Below the pieces are notes generated by a model, which was given only the letters and a program-made list of their open reading frames with translations, did no database searches and was not told the DNA's origin. A stretch of DNA of 64,000 bases from an uncultured Gemmatimonadales bacterium (GTDB lineage Bacteria; Gemmatimonadota; Gemmatimonadetes; Gemmatimonadales; Gemmatimonadaceae): positions 1,024,001 to 1,088,000 of the forward strand of contig CAWKMU010000003.1 in assembly GCA_963850905.1 (NCBI GenBank), written 5' to 3'. Position 1 is the first letter of the stretch, and each line of letters starts with the position of its first letter. The position numbers were made by a program, and so were the translations under genes. Below, piece by piece: positions 58,367-64,000 of the stretch.

Positions 58367-59814
58367 GCGCCGTCGGTGACGCACTCGGACGGGGGGTGTC
58401 GATGAAGGCGACGCACCCCGATTTGGTCACGCAACGGCTGGCCGACATGCTGGCAGCGGCGACGATCGCGGACCTGCCCGCGGCGGTACAGGAGCACGTG
58501 CATCGTGCCACCGTGGACTGGATCGGTTGCGCGATCGCCGGCGCCGTCGAGCCGCCGGCTCGCATGTGTCAGCGTCTCGTGGCGGGCCTTGGCGAGTCGA
58601 GCGAGGCGACGGTGATCGCTGCCGGGCGTGCGTCTGCTGCCGGGGCGGCACTCGCCAACGGCGTCGCGGCGCACATGCTCGAGCTGGACGACATTCACAA
58701 AGGCTCGACCGTGCATGCGGCGGCGCCAGTGATCTCCGCGGCGCTGGCCGTGTCCGAACGCGAGCACGTCGAGGGGTCTCGGTTTACGCTCGCGGTGGCG
58801 CTTGGGTATGAAGCCGCCTTGCGCATCGGTGAAGCGGTCAATCCGAGCCACTACCGCTATTGGCATCCGACGGGAACGGTGGGGACGTTCGGCGCGGCCG
58901 CGGCCGCGGGCGCAATCCTGGGTCTCACGGCGGTCCAGATGCGCGACGCTCTCGGCGCTGCCGGCACGCAGGCGGCGGGTCTCTGGGAGTTCAACGCCGA
59001 CGGCGCCATGAGCAAGCATCTGCATCCCGGCAAGGCCGCGCTGAACGGCGTCGTTGGTGCCGACCTCGCCCGGATGGGGTTCACCGGCGCGACCCGCATC
59101 CTCGAAGGCCCACGCGGCTTCTTCGCGGCGACGACCGAAGCCTACGACGCGAGCCGGATCACCGACGGTCTCGGTGAGCGATGGAAGATCACCGAGAACG
59201 GCTACAAAATGCATTCCTGCTGCGCGCACACGCACACGGCCATCGACGCAGCGATGAGCCTGCGTGCGGATCCGCGCTTTCCAGGGGATGCCCCGATCGG
59301 CATCGCCGCCATCGAGATCGAGACGTACGGTCCGGGGTTCGCTATCGTGCAGGAGCCGCACCCCCGCACCCCCTATCAAGCGAAGTTCAGCCTGGCCTAC
59401 GTCGTCGCAACCGCGCTGCTCGAGGGGCGTGTGATGCTCGATCAGTTCGCGGAGAGCCGCTTCACGCCGGACGGGGTCCGGGACGTGGCGACTCGATCGC
59501 TCCTCGCGCGCACGCGGATCACCGTGCGCGAGGATCTCACGGCGCGCTACCCCGGGGCCTGGTCCGCCCGCCTCGCGGTCACGCTGGACAGCGGCGTCGT
59601 TCTTCGGGTGGCCTGCGACCATCCCCGAGGGCATCCGGAAAATGCGGTCACGACGGCCGCGCTCGAAAGCAAGATGCACGACCTGGTGGCCTCGCGATTC
59701 GGGACCAGCGTCGCACGCCATGTCGCCGACGCCGTCGCGCAGATTCCCACGTCGACCGACATGGCCACGACGCTGCGCGACATCGTCCCGGTGACGAAGC
59801 CGAGTCGTGCATGA
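58363..59814 (+). CDS. MmgE/PrpD family protein
   Basis: AHMLELDD, HPTGT, KHLHPG, YKMHSCC, AKFS, PRGHPEN. Confidence 0.93.
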   Translation: MSAVGDALGRGVSMKATHPDLVTQRLADMLAAATIADLPAAVQEHVHRATVDWIGCAIAGAVEPPARMCQRLVAGLGESSEATVIAAGRASAAGAALANGVAAHMLELDDIHKGSTVHAAAPVISAALAVSEREHVEGSRFTLAVALGYEAALRIGEAVNPSHYRYWHPTGTVGTFGAAAAAGAILGLTAVQMRDALGAAGTQAAGLWEFNADGAMSKHLHPGKAALNGVVGADLARMGFTGATRILEGPRGFFAATTEAYDASRITDGLGERWKITENGYKMHSCCAHTHTAIDAAMSLRADPRFPGDAPIGIAAIEIETYGPGFAIVQEPHPRTPYQAKFSLAYVVATALLEGRVMLDQFAESRFTPDGVRDVATRSLLARTRITVREDLTARYPGAWSARLAVTLDSGVVLRVACDHPRGHPENAVTTAALESKMHDLVASRFGTSVARHVADAVAQIPTSTDMATTLRDIVPVTKPSRA

Positions 59815-60992
59815 CCGAGCTGACGGCCGACATCAATCCGCGCGCGCAGCGCTTCGCAGAGTACCGCGAGGCGATCCGGGAGCTCTGCGGTCGGTTCGAC
59901 CGCGCGTACTGGATTCGCGTCGAACAGGAGGGCGCATACCCCGATGCCTTCGTGCGGGCGCTTACCGACGCCGGCTGGCTCGCGGCACTGATCCCGACCG
60001 AGTACGGGGGAGGCGGACTCGGTGTGACGGAGGCGTCCGTGATCCTCGAAGAGATCAACCGCTCGGGCGCGAATTCCGGAGCCTGCCACGCGCAGATGTA
60101 CATCATGGGCACGTTGCTGCGCCACGGGTCCGATCAACAGAAGCAACACTATTTGCCGCGGATCGCCTCCGGCGAGTGGCGGTTGCAGTCATTTGCGGTG
60201 ACAGAGCCGACGACCGGGACGGACACGACGCAGATCAAGACCGTCGCGACGCGACAGGGTGATCACTACATCGTGCGCGGTCAGAAGGTGTGGATCTCGC
60301 GCGTCCAGCACTCGGATCTCATGCTGTTGCTGGCCCGGACCACGCCTTTAGCGGAGGTCAAGAAGCGGACCGACGGGCTGTCCGTGTTTCTCGTCGATCT
60401 GCATGATGCGGCGAGCCGTGGCCTGGTGGTGCGCCCGATCGCGAACATGGTCAACCATGAGACCAACGAGGTCTTCTTCGAGGATTTCGCCGTCCCTGCC
60501 GCGAACCTGATCGGCGTCGAGGGGGCCGGTTTTCGCTACATCCTCGATGGCATGAATGCCGAGCGCATCCTCATTGCCGCAGAGTGCATCGGAGACGGCT
60601 ACTGGTTCGTGGAGAAGGCGCGCCGCTACGCGTCGGAGCGTGTTGTATTCGGCCGGCCGATCGGTCAGAACCAAGGCGTCCAGTTTCCCATCGCGCGTGC
60701 ATACGCCAACGTGCGCGCCGCCGACCTGATGCGGTACGAGGCGGCCGCGCTGTTCGACGCGGGGGAGCGCTGCGGAGCCGAGGCGAACATGGCGAAGCTG
60801 CTGGCCGCGGACGCATCCTGGGAGGCGGCAAACGTGTGCCTACAGACGCACGGTGGATTCGGGTTTGCGGCCGAATACGAAGTCGAGCGAAAGTTTCGCG
60901 AGACGCGCCTGTATCAAGTCGCGCCGGTCTCGACCAACCTGATCCTGTCGTATCTCGCCGAGCACGTGCTCGGCTTGCCGAGATCGTTCTGA
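59811..60992 (+). CDS. Acyl-CoA dehydrogenase
   Basis: FAVTEPTTGTD, GQKVWIS, ERILIA, FGRPIGQNQ, THGGFGFA.EY.VER. Confidence 0.95.
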   Translation: MTELTADINPRAQRFAEYREAIRELCGRFDRAYWIRVEQEGAYPDAFVRALTDAGWLAALIPTEYGGGGLGVTEASVILEEINRSGANSGACHAQMYIMGTLLRHGSDQQKQHYLPRIASGEWRLQSFAVTEPTTGTDTTQIKTVATRQGDHYIVRGQKVWISRVQHSDLMLLLARTTPLAEVKKRTDGLSVFLVDLHDAASRGLVVRPIANMVNHETNEVFFEDFAVPAANLIGVEGAGFRYILDGMNAERILIAAECIGDGYWFVEKARRYASERVVFGRPIGQNQGVQFPIARAYANVRAADLMRYEAAALFDAGERCGAEANMAKLLAADASWEAANVCLQTHGGFGFAAEYEVERKFRETRLYQVAPVSTNLILSYLAEHVLGLPRSF

Positions 60993-62227
60993 TGGCCCGT
61001 GCGCCTCGGAAGCGATCGGCGGCGCGCACGCGGGCCGCGACAGGTCACGGTGCCAGTCGACGGGGGCCGTCGGCGCACGAGACGGAGGGAGTCGATTTAC
61101 CACTGAGCGGCGTGCGTGTCGTCGCACTGGAGCAGGCGGTCGCGGCGCCGTTCTGCACACGGCAGCTCGCGGACCTCGGTGCGGACGTGGTGAAGGTCGA
61201 GCGGCCCGACGGCGGCGACCTCGCGCGCGCATACGACAGCGCCATTCGCGGTCAATCGGCGTACTTCGTCTGGCTGAACCGGGGCAAGCGCAGCGTGGTG
61301 CTCGACCTCAAGCGCAAGGACGCGCGCGCAATCTGCGATCGACTCATCGACCGCGCGGATGTGCTGGTCCACAACCTCACTCCCGGAGCGATCGATCGCC
61401 TGGGGTTCGGCTACGATGCGGTGTCGGCTCGGAATCCCGGCCTCATCTGGTGCGGCATCTCCGGGTACGGCCTCGATGGCCCGTTTCGCGAGAAGAAGGC
61501 CTATGACATGCTCGTCCAGGCCGAGTCGGGCGTTGTGGCGCTCACGGGCGTAGCGGACGCGCCGGTGAAGGTGGGGGTGTCAGTGGCGGACATCGCCGCA
61601 GGCCTCTACGCCTATTCGTCGATCCTCGCTGCACTCATTCAGCGACATCGAACCCGTCGTGGAGAGCGCATCGATATTTCGATGCTCGAGTGCTTGACCG
61701 AGTGGGTGAGCCCGCCCCTGTACGTGTGGCAGGGAACGGGGGCGGTTCCGATGCGCGCCGGACTGCGGCACAACATGATCGTGCCGTACGGTGCGTACCG
61801 GTGCGCTGATGGCGCCGTCATGCTGGCGGTGCAGACCGATCGTGAGTGGCGGCGATTCTGTGACCAGGTGCTTGCCGCCCCCGCGCTTGCGGAGGACCCG
61901 CGATTCGCCACCAACGCCCAGCGTCTCGCGCACCGTGCCACGCTCGAGCGGATCATCGATGACCATTTCGGCACCTCGACACGCGCCGCCATGGCGCTCG
62001 CGCTCGAACGTGCCGACATCCCCACCGGCGTCGTAAATGACGTGCCCGAGGTCGCGGCACATCCGCAGCTGGCGGCTCGCGGGCGATGGGCCACCGTGGC
62101 CACGCCAGGCGGGCCGATTCCCGCGCTTCGTCCGCCCCACAACCTCGGCGGTGCGCCTGCGCGCATGGGCAGCGTGCCTGCCCTCGGCGAGCACACGGAT
62201 GAGATTCTGAAAGAATTGGCTGGATGA
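60992..62227 (+). CDS. Family III CoA-transferase (CaiB/BaiF)
   Basis: EQAVAAPFCTRQLADLGADVVKVE, LNRGKRS, KAYD, PALGEHT. Confidence 0.94.
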   Translation: MARAPRKRSAARTRAATGHGASRRGPSAHETEGVDLPLSGVRVVALEQAVAAPFCTRQLADLGADVVKVERPDGGDLARAYDSAIRGQSAYFVWLNRGKRSVVLDLKRKDARAICDRLIDRADVLVHNLTPGAIDRLGFGYDAVSARNPGLIWCGISGYGLDGPFREKKAYDMLVQAESGVVALTGVADAPVKVGVSVADIAAGLYAYSSILAALIQRHRTRRGERIDISMLECLTEWVSPPLYVWQGTGAVPMRAGLRHNMIVPYGAYRCADGAVMLAVQTDREWRRFCDQVLAAPALAEDPRFATNAQRLAHRATLERIIDDHFGTSTRAAMALALERADIPTGVVNDVPEVAAHPQLAARGRWATVATPGGPIPALRPPHNLGGAPARMGSVPALGEHTDEILKELAG

Positions 62228-62258
62228 CGCCCTCACCTCCAACCCTATCACTATTCCC

Positions 62259-62744
62259 ATGACCGGCCGTTGCTTCGAGGACTTCACCGTCGGCGTGGTG
62301 CTGCGTCATCCCTTGGGACGCACCGTGACGACCACCGACAACGCGTGGTTCACACTCCTCACGGTCAACACGAATCCGATCCACTTTGACGCGCACTACG
62401 CTGCGCAGACCGAGTTCAAACGGCCGCTGGTAGACTCGACGCTGACGCTGGCCATCGTGACGGGCTTGTCGGTGGCCGATGTCTCTCAGTACGGCGTTAA
62501 TCTGGGGTGGTCGGATGTTCGGTTGCCCGCGCCCCTGTTCGAGGGCGACACGCTGTATGCGCAGTCGGAGGTCGTCCAGACGCGCGAATCCAAATCACGC
62601 CCCAACATGGGGATCGTGGAGATCAAGACGACAGGGTTCACCCAGGACGGCTCCGTCGTAATCGAGTTCCGGCGCACGATCCTGGTGTATCGGCGTGGGC
62701 ATGTGCCGGTTATCCCGCTGCCGGAGCCGAAGAAAGTAGGCTGA
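62259..62744 (+). CDS. MaoC-family (R)-specific enoyl-CoA hydratase
   Basis: GRCFEDFTVG, RTVTTTDN, NTNPIHFD, PLFEGDTL. Confidence 0.92.
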   Translation: MTGRCFEDFTVGVVLRHPLGRTVTTTDNAWFTLLTVNTNPIHFDAHYAAQTEFKRPLVDSTLTLAIVTGLSVADVSQYGVNLGWSDVRLPAPLFEGDTLYAQSEVVQTRESKSRPNMGIVEIKTTGFTQDGSVVIEFRRTILVYRRGHVPVIPLPEPKKVG

Positions 62745-62827
62745 CCAGAACGGCGGATCAGTGTCGGATCCGGGCGTCCTCGGGCTCCCTCCTCGACATC
62801 CCCCTCGGTCCGCGCTATCCTCGCCGG

Positions 62828-64000
62828 ATGCCTCCGATAGGTGCGGGGATCGTGGCGTGCGTGGCGATCGGCATCCTGGGCGCGATCGGCTGTGGCCCAG
62901 ACGGGCGAGGCGCGCCGGCTGTGCCCACCGTAGATGGCACCAGGATCGGTACATCGGTCGACGGTGCGCCGGGCGAGTGGCCGATGCCGGCGAAGGACTA
63001 CGCCGGGAGTCGCTTCAGCGCACTCACCGATATCACGCCAGCGACCGTTGCGCGGCTCACGCTGACCTGGACGTTCTCGACTGGCGTTCTCCGTGGCCAC
63101 GAAGGAGCGCCCCTTGTGATCGGGTCCTCGATGTACGTGGTGACGCCGTATCCGAACGTGGCCTACGCATTCGATCTCACGAAGCCTGGTGCGCCACTGC
63201 GGTGGAAGTTCCGGCCGGACAACTCGGAGGCGGCGAAGGCCGAAGCGTGCTGCGACGTGGTGAACCGAGGCGCCGCGTACGCGGACGGTACCCTGTATTA
63301 CAACTTGCTGGACGGCCACACGGTGGCGGTCGACGCGGTCACTGGGGTGGAGCGCTGGCGCGCCCATGTCGCCGATGTGAATCGAGGCGAGACCATGACG
63401 ATGGCCCCGCTGGTGGTGCATGGCAACGTGATTGTGGGGCCCAGCGGGGGCGAGATGGGCGTGCGCGGCTGGATCGCTGCACTCGACGCCAAGACCGGTC
63501 GCGAGCGGTGGCGCGCGTACAACCTCGGCCCGGACAGCGAGGTGAAGATCGGTCCCCGATTTCAGCCCTTCTACCAATCGGACCGTGGCCGCGACCTGGC
63601 GGCGACCAGTTGGCCGACGGGGGGCTGGGTACACGGTGGCGGTGCAGTGTGGGGATGGCTGACGTACGACCCCGCGCTCAATCTGCTGTACTACGGGACC
63701 AGCAATCCGGGACCGTGGATCGGCGAGATGCGCCCAGGCGACAACAAGTACACGAGCTCCATTCTTGCGCGAGACCCCGACACCGGAGAGCTGAGGTGGG
63801 CGTTCCAGGTCACGCCGCATGACCTGTGGGATTACGACGCGGTCAATGAGAACATCCTCGCGGATCTTCCGATCCACGGCGCTACGCGTCGGGTCCTCGT
63901 GCACTTCGATCGGAATGGGTTCGCCTACACGATCGACCGCCAAACGGGCGAGGTGTTGGTGGCGGCGTCGTATGTCCCGGTGAACTGGGCGAGCGGGATC
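62828..64000 (+). CDS. xoxF: PQQ-dependent methanol/ethanol dehydrogenase, XoxF-type (lanthanide motif), 3'-truncated
   Basis: Read by hand in a frame missing from the ORF track because it has no stop in the window: WTFSTGVLRGHEGAP, TPYPN, ACCDVVNRG, SGGEMGVRG, GTSNPGPW, RPGDNK, PHDLWDYDAVNE. N-terminal GAIGC is lipobox-like. Confidence 0.88.
   Translation, partial: MPPIGAGIVACVAIGILGAIGCGPDGRGAPAVPTVDGTRIGTSVDGAPGEWPMPAKDYAGSRFSALTDITPATVARLTLTWTFSTGVLRGHEGAPLVIGSSMYVVTPYPNVAYAFDLTKPGAPLRWKFRPDNSEAAKAEACCDVVNRGAAYADGTLYYNLLDGHTVAVDAVTGVERWRAHVADVNRGETMTMAPLVVHGNVIVGPSGGEMGVRGWIAALDAKTGRERWRAYNLGPDSEVKIGPRFQPFYQSDRGRDLAATSWPTGGWVHGGGAVWGWLTYDPALNLLYYGTSNPGPWIGEMRPGDNKYTSSILARDPDTGELRWAFQVTPHDLWDYDAVNENILADLPIHGATRRVLVHFDRNGFAYTIDRQTGEVLVAASYVPVNWASGI

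Noticed and set aside
57850..59721. 623-aa minus-strand ORF (likewise 12148-13905, 35606-36970, 41995-43179, 62486-63943)
   Set aside because: These are antisense shadows of well-supported genes with no recognisable domains.
62761..63822. 353-aa plus-strand ORF in the track
   Set aside because: Wrong frame. The PQQ dehydrogenase motifs are in the frame starting at 62828.
62828..64000. Calcium-dependent MxaF
   Set aside because: The motif is DYD rather than DYA.
1..64000. tRNA, rRNA, transposase, integrase or prophage genes
   Set aside because: None was recognised by eye. A covariance-model scan would be needed to exclude small RNAs.

Overview
High-GC bacterial DNA. The Ser/Thr kinase style and the holA-SPOR, mutS-gcvT-gcvP and CBS-ddl-rhomboid neighbourhoods suggest Gemmatimonadota (inference, no search run). 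About 1-19.3 kb is a dense tetrahydromethanopterin/methanofuran-type C1 cluster: fae, mtd, DUF1464, ATP-grasp, fhcBADC, mch, RimK-like, CitG-like, PTPS, HisA-like and mfnF/mfnE/mfnB-like genes, with a Ser/Thr kinase and two unknown exported proteins inside it. About 19.6-55 kb is mostly housekeeping: M16 peptidases, glycosyltransferases, ECF sigma/anti-sigma, holA, mutS, gcvT/gcvP without gcvH, CBS, ddl, queF, lspA, Hsp20, XdhC and a hybrid kinase. 56-62.7 kb is an acyl-CoA/dicarboxylate catabolic operon. The window ends in a truncated XoxF-type PQQ dehydrogenase carrying the lanthanide-type Asp-x-Asp motif. Most notable: (i) a CRISPR-independent Cas4-like nuclease split into two predicted membrane-anchored polypeptides that would share one Fe-S cluster, directly upstream of holA; (ii) a family of intergenic long-hairpin elements with interchangeable heptamer-repeat arms around a conserved core or a nested REP doublet; (iii) the H4MPT cluster plus XoxF as a methylotrophy module; (iv) an exported JAB/MPN-like protein; (v) repeated leaderless-promoter signatures. 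No rRNA, tRNA, CRISPR array or transposase was recognised.
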